From the NCBI GenBank assembly GCA_965214935.1, contig CBDCCS010000011.1, positions 221,006 to 285,005 on the forward strand: 64,000 bases of DNA. Reading direction: 5' to 3'. The translations under genes and the position numbers were made by a program. This stretch comes from Candidatus Velthaea sp. (GTDB lineage Bacteria > Vulcanimicrobiota > Vulcanimicrobiia > Vulcanimicrobiales > Vulcanimicrobiaceae). This document shows, piece after piece, positions 10,222 through 19,299 of this stretch. Numbering within the stretch: position 1 is the first letter of the stretch; each line of letters begins with the position of its first letter. Below the pieces are notes generated by a model. That model had not been told where the DNA came from, ran no database searches, and was given only the letters and a program-made list of their open reading frames with translations.

Positions 10222-11282
10222 CTCGCGAGATCGGCGTTTTAGTCGTCGACGATTCGGCACTCATTCGGACGCTGATCTCGGAGATCGTCAACGCGGAGCC
10301 CGACATGCACGTGATCGGCGTGGCGAGCGATCCATACGACGCACGCGAAAAAATCAAGGCGCTCGACCCCGACGTGGTGACGCTCGATGTCGAAATGCCG
10401 CGCATGAGCGGGCTCGAGTTCCTCGAGCGGCTCATGCGGCTGCGGCCGACGCCCGTTGTAATGGTGTCGTCGCTAACGGCGGCCGGCGCGACAACGACCT
10501 TGCGCGCACTCGAACTCGGAGCCGTCGACTTCGTGCTCAAACCTGCCATCGACGTTACCGGCGGGTTGCTGCTTCTGGCCGCAGATTTGACCGAGAAGAT
10601 CCGCGCTGCGGCCATTGCGAAGGTCCGCCGCTATGCCGAGGAGCCGGTTTCGCGCAGCGTCGCGACGCTCGTGCCGCCGCTCGCATCGCACCCTGCATTG
10701 CGATCCGACGATTCGATCATCGCAATCGGCGCATCGACCGGCGGAACCGAAGCACTCAAAGATCTCCTCGTTCGCCTGCCGCGCAACGCACCGCCGATCC
10801 TCGTAACGCAGCATATGCCGCCCGGTTTCACCAAAAGCTTTGCCGACCGGCTCGATCGGCTGTGCGAGATCGACGTTTGCGAAGCGACATCCGGCCAGCG
10901 GTTACTGGCCGGCCATGCCTACATTGCGCCGGGGTCGGCGCACTTGCTCGTCAGCCGGCGCGGAACCGCCGGCTATACGTCGCTCAGTGATGGACCGCCG
11001 GTGAACCGGCACCGTCCCTCGGTCGACGTGTTGTTCGGTTCTGCCGCGCACACATACGGCAAGCGCGCAATCGGCGTCCTGCTCACCGGGATGGGCCGCG
11101 ACGGCGCCCCAGGGATGGCCGAACTGCACGCAGCCGGAGCCTATACGATTGCCCAAGACGAAGCGAGTTGCGTCGTTTTCGGCATGCCCAAAGCAGCCAT
11201 CGAACTCGGCGGCGTTTCGAAAGTTGCAGCGCTGCCGCAGATCGCCGAGTTGTTGATGCGGCGCGTCGGCATCGCCGGTTAA
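10215..11282 (+). CDS. cheB: Chemotaxis response regulator protein-glutamate methylesterase; receiver domain begins upstream of the first ATG (10305)
   Basis: In-frame [13 protein letters not shown] from 10230. TLDVEMP phospho-site. Catalytic GASTGG, QHMP and GMGRDG. Start codon inferred (ATT 10215 or ATC 10230). Confidence 0.9.
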   Translation: MLAREIGVLVVDDSALIRTLISEIVNAEPDMHVIGVASDPYDAREKIKALDPDVVTLDVEMPRMSGLEFLERLMRLRPTPVVMVSSLTAAGATTTLRALELGAVDFVLKPAIDVTGGLLLLAADLTEKIRAAAIAKVRRYAEEPVSRSVATLVPPLASHPALRSDDSIIAIGASTGGTEALKDLLVRLPRNAPPILVTQHMPPGFTKSFADRLDRLCEIDVCEATSGQRLLAGHAYIAPGSAHLLVSRRGTAGYTSLSDGPPVNRHRPSVDVLFGSAAHTYGKRAIGVLLTGMGRDGAPGMAELHAAGAYTIAQDEASCVVFGMPKAAIELGGVSKVAALPQIAELLMRRVGIAG

Positions 11283-12832
11283 CCCGGCAGCGTGCCGGCT
11301 TTTTCATCCCGCCGGAAGCGCTGCCAGCGCGCTTCGGCACCCGGCAAAAGCGCGCCGTAATCGGTACGGTAAACCGGCCAGCGCTTCGTTTCTTGCACCG
11401 GGAAACGCGCGAGCCATGCATAGAGTTCGACATTCTGCCGCAAGCGTTTGTGCTCGACGGAAATAAAGTAGCGCGCGCCTTTGCGAATGGCACTTTGTTC
11501 GTCGAACGGCGTCCAGATATACGGGTCTTCCTGCCAGCCTTTGCGATCGATGTAATACAGAATCGACGGATCGTAATGGCCCATGACGACGAGCGTATTG
11601 CGCGGCAGCGTTGCATCGAGCGCGCGAGCGGCGCTGTAGTTCGGCTTACTGTAGACGTAATACGGCGCGATGAGCCGCCGGTCGATCGAGATCATTGCAA
11701 TGTAGAGAAGCGCGGCAGCCGAGACGGCGATTTGCCAGCGCTTGTAACTACGGGCCGTCAGCCACAAGCGAAGCACGAGATTACCGCCGGCCAGCGCCGC
11801 GAGCGGCAGTACGAGATACATGTAGTAATCGACGCGTTCGACGGTGACGACGATGTAGACGTATAGCAGCGCTGCCGCTGCCCAGCCGTAGAGCACTGCG
11901 GCTTCGCGCCGGCGTAAGCGCAGAGCAAAGCCGGCGATGAGAAACGCCAGACCGAACGGCCCGAGCATCGTGCGCGCGAGCATCTTCAACGCGACGCCGA
12001 TCGCAACGATTTTCGCGCGTAGCGCGGGGCCGGAATGCAGCGAGGCGACGAGCGCCGGCCAGACATGCTTTTGCGTAATGCCGCTGGCCCAATGCCACTC
12101 CGCATGCGCGTTTACGATTTTTCCGTACAGCGCGAGCGGAACGAGCGCGACGATCAGCAGCACGTATGTCTGCGGTCGCGTGAGCGTGGTGCGCCAGCCG
12201 AGCCGCACGATCGATACGGCGGCAATCGGAACGAGTGCCACCAGTGCGACGGGCTTGGCGAGAAACGCTGTCGCAAGCAGCAGTGCTGCCGGTGCGAGAC
12301 CGCGCCATGAAGCGCGTTTTTCGTCCCACAGATACCGCGTGCATGCAGAGATCGCCGCGGTCAAAAAAAAGACCATCGTCGTGTCGGGCATGAACGTTCG
12401 CGAATAGTAGATCGCGCCGGGTAGTGCCGTATAGATCGCCGCCGCCGCTAAGCCGGCGACCGTCGAACCGAACAGCCAGCGCGCGAAGACGCCGGTGACG
12501 ACGATCGTCCCGAGACCGAAGGCGACCGAGATGAGCCGGCCGATGCCCTCGTGCACGCCGACGATTTTGTAGGCGCAGGCCGCAAGAAACGGTACGATCT
12601 GCAATTCCAGTTCGACGTAATTCGGCGGCGGTCCATTATAGTCGGTCTGCGGATAGAAAATGTTCATTTGCAGCGTAGCGAAATTACGCGCGATCGCCGC
12701 CGTGTCGCCTTGACGCCAGCCCGGATGATCGAGAATCGGGCTATGAATGTTGCGTAAGCGTAGCAGCAGACCGGCAATGACGAAGCCCGTCATCGCCAAC
12801 CACCAGAATGTTGTTTCGGTCGGCCGTTTAAT
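11279..12832 (-). CDS. ArnT/PMT-like GT-C membrane glycosyltransferase; start ATT 12832, TTG 12799 or ATG 12793
   Basis: [13 protein letters not shown] loop, [12 protein letters not shown] and many TM helices. Confidence 0.8.
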   Translation of the reverse strand: MKRPTETTFWWLAMTGFVIAGLLLRLRNIHSPILDHPGWRQGDTAAIARNFATLQMNIFYPQTDYNGPPPNYVELELQIVPFLAACAYKIVGVHEGIGRLISVAFGLGTIVVTGVFARWLFGSTVAGLAAAAIYTALPGAIYYSRTFMPDTTMVFFLTAAISACTRYLWDEKRASWRGLAPAALLLATAFLAKPVALVALVPIAAVSIVRLGWRTTLTRPQTYVLLIVALVPLALYGKIVNAHAEWHWASGITQKHVWPALVASLHSGPALRAKIVAIGVALKMLARTMLGPFGLAFLIAGFALRLRRREAAVLYGWAAAALLYVYIVVTVERVDYYMYLVLPLAALAGGNLVLRLWLTARSYKRWQIAVSAAALLYIAMISIDRRLIAPYYVYSKPNYSAARALDATLPRNTLVVMGHYDPSILYYIDRKGWQEDPYIWTPFDEQSAIRKGARYFISVEHKRLRQNVELYAWLARFPVQETKRWPVYRTDYGALLPGAEARWQRFRRDEKAGTLPG

Positions 12833-13289
12833 CGACGTCGCGGAACGTCCAATACTTATTGACGAAAAAGTTTACGACGATTGCGCCGACCGTCGAGACA
12901 AACCACAATTTGTGCCCATGTCCCAAATACGGCTGGCCGAGCCACGAAATGACGAGTGCCACGCACAGCGCGCCGAGCGAAACGCTCATGAATTTGGCGC
13001 CTTCGCGGCCGGGGTGTGCGCCGGAGCGAAACGTCCACACGCGGTTGAGTAAGTAGTTCGAGATGCCGCCGCTTAAAAATGCCGCCGAATAGATGATGAA
13101 GTACTGCGGATTGGAGGCGTGATTCGGAACGACTCTTTGCAACACCGTAAAGACGATCAAATTCACGATGAAGCCCGACGCTCCGACGATCCCGAACTTG
13201 ACGAACTGGCGCAAACCGCGATGCTGCAATGCGCGCGGACCGCGCCCGACCGAATCGGCCGCTGACGTGACCGTCGGAACCGTACTCAT
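12828..13289 (-). CDS. GtrA-family flippase-like membrane protein
   Basis: QFVKFGIVG, NYLLNRVWTF and NFFVNKYWTF motifs. ATGA overlap with the upstream gene. Confidence 0.88.
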   Translation of the reverse strand: MSTVPTVTSAADSVGRGPRALQHRGLRQFVKFGIVGASGFIVNLIVFTVLQRVVPNHASNPQYFIIYSAAFLSGGISNYLLNRVWTFRSGAHPGREGAKFMSVSLGALCVALVISWLGQPYLGHGHKLWFVSTVGAIVVNFFVNKYWTFRDVD

Positions 13290-14884
13290 GCGACCCAGTA
13301 CCAATCGGCGAAAAGCACGGTGTACAATCCTAAGACGGGGAGCGAAAACGCAACGATCGCATTGTTCGCACTCGGTCGCGCTCCCCATAGCGCAAACATG
13401 ACGAACATCGGAAACAGCACGAGCGCGAAGCGCGGCATGCTCATCAGGCTCGAAGTCGACATCGGCACCAGAATCGACAGTGCCATGTAGACGGAATAAG
13501 ACGGCCGGACGCGCCGGAAGCCGGCGATCAACGCGCCGACCATGAGCGCCGTAAACGCCACTTCGAGCACATTATTCACCGCGACTTGCGGTATGCTGGT
13601 ATGGCTTATGAGCGTCACGGCATGCGCAACGCTTTGCCACGGTGGTGCGAGATGGCGGTTCCAATGCTTTTGGACGGTCGAGAAATACAACGGATCGCCG
13701 CGTAAAACCCACAGATACGCCATGTACGTCGCAAGTCCCAGCGGCACGAGGACGAGACCGATCGCCGGTCTCACTATGGCGGTGATCGGCGCTTTGAGCG
13801 CTTCTCTTAATGCCGCGCGCGGCGCCGGCGCGGCGGCGAAGACGGCGGTTAGCCACTCGATGAGGAACGGCGCGGCGAGCAGCACGCCTTCAACGCGCGT
13901 CAGTGCGGCGAAAAAACCGATGACTCCGGCCGCGATCCATTTGCGTTCGCGGATGTAGTAAAACGACGACACGGTGAGCGCGAAGAACAGCGACTCGCTA
14001 TACACGGCTGAAAAGAAGACCGCGGTCGGAAAAATCGAGACATAAAAAGCGGCGCGATGCGCAACATGCCGGTCAAACTGGTGCTCGACGAGCTTGTAGA
14101 AGAAGAGCAGACCGCAAAAGCCGGCCGTACTCGAGATAAGCAGGCCGGCGACAAGATGATTCCCGGTCAACGCTCCGATCGCGCGGATTAGCAACGGATA
14201 CAGCGGAAAAAACGCCATTTCCGTTCCCGAGTAACCGTTCGTTGCGATGCCGATATAATGTTCGGCATCCCAGCGGCCCCAAACGGCAAGCGCCGGATTC
14301 GTCGATGCGGCATAGTGAATTCCGGGGCGCTGGCCGACGACGACGGCCGCAATCTCCGCAATGACGATAATCGAAAGGCGCGAGACGACGAACGTCACCG
14401 CAACGTCGCGCACGGTGCGATTGAAAATTGCGGCGATAACGATCTTGATGAGCGCAAACAAACCCAGCGCAAAAGCCACGCTGCGGCCCGTTGCATTGGT
14501 TCCGAGCGGAAGCAGTAAGCCCGACCACATGACGATCAACGCCGTCCAGCTGATTGCGTCGTAGCGCAGCGCGCGTTCGTACGTCAAGCCGGTCCGGCGG
14601 GCAAAGTATGCCGAGAACAACTGCCAGACGCCGAGCGCTCCTGCGAACCCGGCGCTCAACGCGGCAAGGAAGCTTACTTCGAGAAAAGCAGCGCCGTGCT
14701 GCGCGCGAGAGATGAGCGCGTACCAGGCGAAGAAGCCGGTCGTTAATCCGCCCGCGCTGACCGCGCAGAGAGCGGGCCAGCCGGCGCGTTCGATAAGGAC
14801 GCGCGGTGCAAGACGGACCGGCCCCCAAACGGCGGCGGTGTTCACGCTGTTCGTTTTGGTTTTGCTCCGGCCCAACGCCTGCAA
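13286..14884 (-). CDS. PIG-V/Gpi18-like (GT-C) mannosyltransferase with extra N-terminal TM region; start uncertain
   Basis: RWDAEHYIGIATNGY..AFFPLYPLL, FSAVYSESLF, ALTRVEG and SMPRFALVLFP. Confidence 0.8.
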   Translation of the reverse strand: MQALGRSKTKTNSVNTAAVWGPVRLAPRVLIERAGWPALCAVSAGGLTTGFFAWYALISRAQHGAAFLEVSFLAALSAGFAGALGVWQLFSAYFARRTGLTYERALRYDAISWTALIVMWSGLLLPLGTNATGRSVAFALGLFALIKIVIAAIFNRTVRDVAVTFVVSRLSIIVIAEIAAVVVGQRPGIHYAASTNPALAVWGRWDAEHYIGIATNGYSGTEMAFFPLYPLLIRAIGALTGNHLVAGLLISSTAGFCGLLFFYKLVEHQFDRHVAHRAAFYVSIFPTAVFFSAVYSESLFFALTVSSFYYIRERKWIAAGVIGFFAALTRVEGVLLAAPFLIEWLTAVFAAAPAPRAALREALKAPITAIVRPAIGLVLVPLGLATYMAYLWVLRGDPLYFSTVQKHWNRHLAPPWQSVAHAVTLISHTSIPQVAVNNVLEVAFTALMVGALIAGFRRVRPSYSVYMALSILVPMSTSSLMSMPRFALVLFPMFVMFALWGARPSANNAIVAFSLPVLGLYTVLFADWYWVA

Positions 14885-15046
14885 TAACGGCTCGACCGAT
14901 AGAGCGCTGCGCGGCAGGAGGGGTTGAAGCAGGCTCGCGGCACGAACATGACCGGCCGTAACCGTCCGGTTCTCAAAACGTGTTCACCGATAGGGAGCGA
15001 AGCTGCAACGCCGGCGCTCCTCGCCCACGGAGTCTCCGCCCACACC

Positions 15047-16456
15047 ATGCAAACCTCATTCGATCTCATCGTCATCGGCGCCGGTTCAGGCGGCTACGCC
15101 GCCGCCCGAACCGCCCGTGAACGTGGAGCATCGGTTGCAATCGTCGATCGCGGTCCGTTGGGCGGCTTGTGCATTTTGCGCGGTTGTATGCCGTCCAAGA
15201 CGCTGATCGCAACGAGTGATGCGGCGTACGAAGTCGAGCACGCGGCCGAGCTCGGCGTGCATGCGGGGAAGGCGTTCGTCGACTTCCCGTTTATCATGGC
15301 GCGCAAACAAGAGATCATCGCCGGCTTTACCGACTACCGGATCGCGGGTATCGAGACGTTCCCGATCTTTCGCGGGGATGCGCGCTTCACATCGCCCACG
15401 GAGTTGACCGTCGGCGACGTTGTCTTGACCGGGCGCGCGTTCGTTATAGCGACGGGCTCAGTCGTCGCGCCGCCGGCCATTCCGGGCTTAGCTGCCGCCG
15501 GCTATATCGACAGCGACGGCGCTCTCGAGCTTGCCGTACCGCCGAAATCAATGATCATCTTGGGCGGCGGCTACGTATCGACGGAACTCGGCCAGTTCTT
15601 TGCCCGAACGGGAACTGCCGTAACGGTCGTCATTCGCTCGAATCAGCTGCTATCGGGTGAAGATACCGACGTCGGTGAAGCGCTGACGCAATATTTGCGA
15701 GAAGACGGCATTACCATTGAAACGGGTGCTCTCGTGCAGCGCGTGAGCGTCACGTCCGACGGCCGCAAAAGCGTTCACTTCGTGCGCGACGGCGTCGAAT
15801 CGAGCGTCAGCGCCGACGAAATCTTTTATGCCCTCGGGCGCGTTCCCAACATTGACGGCCTCGGACTCGAGATTGCCGGCGTTCGGGCGCACAACATCCG
15901 CGGCATCGAAGTCGATCAAACATTGCGCACCTCCAATAGCAGTATCTTCGCCGTCGGGGATGTTACCGGTCAATTCCTACTCGTTCACGTTGCAATTCAG
16001 CAGGGCGAAGTGGCGGCGCGCAATGCGATCGACGGCGGCAATGAAAAGATTGACTATGCGCTGTCCAAAGCGCATACGATTTTTTCCGATCCGCAAGTCG
16101 GCATCGCGGGCAACACGGAAAAAGAGTTGCTTGCCGCCGGCGTTGCGTACGTCAAGGCGACCTATCCGTTCAACGATCTCGGTAAAGCCATTTCGATCGG
16201 CAAGACAAAGGGCTTTGTGAAGATGCTCGCATCACCGCTCGACGGCAAAATTCTCGGCGTCGCGATCGTCGGCGCAAACGCTTCGGATCTCATCCATGTC
16301 CCGATTACGGCGATGGCGTTCGGGTCAACGGTTTTCGACTATGTGAAGATCCCGCATCTGCATCCGACGATGGCTGAGATCCTCACCTATCCGGCCGAAG
16401 AGCTCAGCGAAATGATCGGCGCATCGCCGGCGATCTCACTCGCCGTCGCGCGGTGA
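15047..16456 (+). CDS. Class I pyridine nucleotide-disulfide oxidoreductase (dihydrolipoyl dehydrogenase-like)
   Basis: GAGSGG FAD motif, redox pair GGLCILRGCMPSK, GGGY NAD motif and C-terminal HPTMAE. Confidence 0.88.
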   Translation: MQTSFDLIVIGAGSGGYAAARTARERGASVAIVDRGPLGGLCILRGCMPSKTLIATSDAAYEVEHAAELGVHAGKAFVDFPFIMARKQEIIAGFTDYRIAGIETFPIFRGDARFTSPTELTVGDVVLTGRAFVIATGSVVAPPAIPGLAAAGYIDSDGALELAVPPKSMIILGGGYVSTELGQFFARTGTAVTVVIRSNQLLSGEDTDVGEALTQYLREDGITIETGALVQRVSVTSDGRKSVHFVRDGVESSVSADEIFYALGRVPNIDGLGLEIAGVRAHNIRGIEVDQTLRTSNSSIFAVGDVTGQFLLVHVAIQQGEVAARNAIDGGNEKIDYALSKAHTIFSDPQVGIAGNTEKELLAAGVAYVKATYPFNDLGKAISIGKTKGFVKMLASPLDGKILGVAIVGANASDLIHVPITAMAFGSTVFDYVKIPHLHPTMAEILTYPAEELSEMIGASPAISLAVAR

Positions 16457-17370
16457 AGCACGACGCGCCCCCGCGTGCTTGCCTCGACGTAGCGATCGTT
16501 CAATTTAAACCGATCAAGGGCGATATTGCCGCGAACGTCGCCGCATTGCAAGCCGTGTTCGCGCAACTTGCCGACGAGCGGCAACCGCACATTATCGCGT
16601 TGCCTGAAGCGTGTCTGACCGGTTACTTCCTCGAAGGCGCCGTCTACGAGCTTGCGTTGAGCGTGCCGGCATTTGCGCGGCTGCTTCAGGCCGCGTGGCT
16701 CGCGGCGGCCGGCCCGGTTGCAAGGGTTGACGTCGTGTGCGGCTTTTTTGAGAACGACGGCGGTACGTATTACAACAGCGCGATGTACGTGACGCTCGGC
16801 GCCGGCGAGCCGATCGTCAAACACGTTTATCGCAAAATGTTCTTACCGACCTACGGTGTGTTCGATGAGGAGCGTTTCGTTTCGCGCGGCCGTCATCTCG
16901 GCGTGTTCGAATCGGCGTTCGGTACCGCCGCGGTGCTCATTTGTGAAGATGCGTGGCACGCGATCATGCCGACGATCGCGGCGCTCAAAGGTGCGCGTAT
17001 TCTGTTCGTTCCGAGTGCGTCGCCGGGCCGCGGGCTTTCGAGCAACGGCGAACTCGAGAGCGTCGCTCGCTGGAAATCATTGCTGCGCGCCTATGCATCG
17101 GAGCACGGCGTCTATATCGTGTATGCCGGACTTACCGGATTCGAAGGCGGCAAAGGTATGGCCGGATCGAGTTGCGTCGTGGCGCCTAGCGGCGCGCTCG
17201 TCGTCGAAGCACCGGCCCTCGATGCATGCATCGTCCGCGCAAGCCTCGACCCGGCTGAAATCGACGTCGCTCGCGCCACCTTGCCGCTGCTCGGAAATTT
17301 ATCCGCCGTTCTACCCGACTTGTGGTACGACAAGGAGATCCCGTTGCCCAGATTTGCGATCGAGGGTTAA
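16453..17370 (+). CDS. Nitrilase-fold glutaminase subunit of a two-subunit NAD+ synthetase
   Basis: E-K-C triad in LPEAC, YRKMFLPTYGVFDEER and ICEDAW. Sits directly upstream of nadE. Confidence 0.8.
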   Translation: MKHDAPPRACLDVAIVQFKPIKGDIAANVAALQAVFAQLADERQPHIIALPEACLTGYFLEGAVYELALSVPAFARLLQAAWLAAAGPVARVDVVCGFFENDGGTYYNSAMYVTLGAGEPIVKHVYRKMFLPTYGVFDEERFVSRGRHLGVFESAFGTAAVLICEDAWHAIMPTIAALKGARILFVPSASPGRGLSSNGELESVARWKSLLRAYASEHGVYIVYAGLTGFEGGKGMAGSSCVVAPSGALVVEAPALDACIVRASLDPAEIDVARATLPLLGNLSAVLPDLWYDKEIPLPRFAIEG

Positions 17371-17373
17371 GCG

Positions 17374-18225
17374 ATGTTACCGGTAATCGAGGCGCGAGCG
17401 GCCGATCCGGCCGACGCTCTGGCAATCGATCCGCCGATGACCGCACAATGGCTCGAGTCATTTTTGCGCGATGAATTGATTCGGCGGCGCGGCATCGGGC
17501 GAGCCGTCTTTGGTTTGAGCGGCGGTATCGATTCGGCAGTCGTCGCCTATCTCTGTGCGCGTGCGCTGGGACCTGACAACGTGTTTGCCATCCGGATGCC
17601 GTACCGGAGTTCGAGCGCGGATAGTTTGCACGACGCGCAACTCGTCATCGATGCGCTCGGCATTCAATCCCAGACGCTCGAGATTAGCGATGCGGTGGAC
17701 GGATATTTGCGGCATGCGCCCGACGCCGACGCACGGCGCAGAGGCAACGTCATGGCACGGATGCGGATGTTGACGCTGTTCGATCAATCCGCAAAGCTCG
17801 GTGCCTTACCGATCGGCACCGGTAACAAAACCGAGCGGCTCATGGGGTATTTCACTTGGCATGCCGACGATTCGCCGCCGGTGAATCCGATCGGCGATCT
17901 ATTTAAAACGCAGGTTTGGGCGCTGGCTCGCTATTTAGGCGTACCGGTGCGTGTAATCGATAAAGCGCCCAGCGCCGATCTCGAAGCGGATCAGACCGAT
18001 GAGAGCGATCTCGGCATTACCTACGCAAAGGCGGATCAAATCTTGAGTCTTATCTTAACTGGTTACAGCGATGCGGCACTCGCCGCTCGCGGCTTTGCCG
18101 CGGGTGACATCACGCTGGTCCGCAAGCGAGTCGACGGCACGCACTGGAAGCGCCATCTTCCAACGACGGCACTCGTATCGAGCACGGCGATCAACGAATT
18201 CTATCTGCGCCCGGTTGATTTCTAA
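17374..18225 (+). CDS. nadE: NAD+ synthetase (synthetase subunit)
   Basis: GLSGGIDSAV, GNVMARMRM, GTGNKTE, PIGDLFKTQV and KAPSADL. Confidence 0.93.
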   Translation: MLPVIEARAADPADALAIDPPMTAQWLESFLRDELIRRRGIGRAVFGLSGGIDSAVVAYLCARALGPDNVFAIRMPYRSSSADSLHDAQLVIDALGIQSQTLEISDAVDGYLRHAPDADARRRGNVMARMRMLTLFDQSAKLGALPIGTGNKTERLMGYFTWHADDSPPVNPIGDLFKTQVWALARYLGVPVRVIDKAPSADLEADQTDESDLGITYAKADQILSLILTGYSDAALAARGFAAGDITLVRKRVDGTHWKRHLPTTALVSSTAINEFYLRPVDF

Positions 18226-18226
18226 G

Positions 18227-18856
18227 ATGCTTGCAGCGAAAATCGGTCCGGAGGTTTTGCCGCCGGCGTTTTTTCCGGTCAGCTTGAACCTCGTCGGCCG
18301 CAAATGCATCGTCATTGGTGCAGCCGACGACCGCGAGGCCATCGAAAAGGATGAGGCCCTGCGTGAAGTCGGTGCGGAGGTTATCTGGATTCAAGATTAT
18401 GCGAACTTGCGCGATGACGACGTCAGCGACGCCTACTTCGTCATCTCGACGCCGCAGGAAGAGCCGCTGGCAGCGCGTTTACGCACGCTGGCCGATCGTT
18501 ATAAATTTTTACTTTGCGCGATCGATCAGCCGAAATACGGCTTCGTCGCAATGGCGGCGATCGTGAAATCGGGACGCGCGCGCATTTCGATTTCGACCGG
18601 CGGCGTTGCGCCGCGTGTCGGCGGAAAATTGCGCGCCGCATTGCAAGAAGCGCTCGACGGGACCTTCGCCCGCTTCCTCGAGTGCTTTGCAAATCAGCGT
18701 CGTTTAGCCCGCGTCAACCTCGCCGAGTCGGCCGGCCGGCGTGCGATCATGATCAAGGCGGCCGACGGTTTTGACGTCGAGATCCGCCTAACGTATCCGC
18801 AATGGTTTAAGGACGAACTCCGCCGGCTCGGACCGGCGGTCGTCGGCGAAGATTAG
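18227..18856 (+). CDS. Precorrin-2 dehydrogenase/ferrochelatase (SirC/CysG N-terminal)-like protein
   Basis: FFPVSLNLVGRKCIVIG, AIDQP and ISISTGGVAP. The Rossmann glycine motif is degenerate. Confidence 0.7.
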   Translation: MLAAKIGPEVLPPAFFPVSLNLVGRKCIVIGAADDREAIEKDEALREVGAEVIWIQDYANLRDDDVSDAYFVISTPQEEPLAARLRTLADRYKFLLCAIDQPKYGFVAMAAIVKSGRARISISTGGVAPRVGGKLRAALQEALDGTFARFLECFANQRRLARVNLAESAGRRAIMIKAADGFDVEIRLTYPQWFKDELRRLGPAVVGED

Positions 18857-19098
18857 CGGCGGGTTGTAACGCTCGAACTCGACGAACGCGTTGCTTGCGC
18901 GCGCTTGTCCGAGAAAATCGCCGCCCCGATGGCCAACAGGCCGCCGATGGCAAGCAGCCAGACGACGAGAAAGCCGATTGCCGGGGACGAATTGTCGACG
19001 GCCATGGTGGTGTCTTGCGCGAAGACGGCAACCGGCGCGAATGCGGCGGCAACGATGGCACCGGCGTTGAGCAGACGGCTGGAAAGCGTATTCATCAT
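18853..19098 (-). CDS. Small exported/membrane protein (signal peptide plus one TM helix)
   Basis: AVFA|QD signal cleavage, hydrophobic IGFLVVWLLAIGGLLAIGAAIF, basic tail. Promoter-like element just upstream. Confidence 0.65.
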   Translation of the reverse strand: MMNTLSSRLLNAGAIVAAAFAPVAVFAQDTTMAVDNSSPAIGFLVVWLLAIGGLLAIGAAIFSDKRAQATRSSSSSVTTRR

Positions 19099-19106
19099 AT
19101 GCTCTG

Positions 19107-19115
19107 GTTATACCA
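19107..19115 (-). promoter_or_regulatory. Extended -10-like element TGgTATAAC, 8 nt before the ATG (leaderless-type)
   Basis: Minus strand reads ttgact...cgTGgTATAACcagagcatATG. Confidence 0.45.
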
Positions 19116-19299
19116 CGAAACGACAAAAGTAAGTCAATCGCGCGGACAGGTGCACGAACTTTCTTCGACCGGAGCTGCCACGGAGCGGCCTGCTCCGGTA
19201 GCGCTACTTTGACGCCGCACGACGCGTTGACGGCGGGCCGGCCACGACGTGGACCAGCGAGCACAGGACGCGCTTCACGCGCAAAGTAAGATCACGTGA

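Noticed and set aside
15047..16456. Mercuric reductase MerA
   Set aside because: No C-terminal Cys-Cys pair, no N-terminal HMA domain and no mer genes. It has the HPTxxE motif of lipoamide dehydrogenase-like enzymes.
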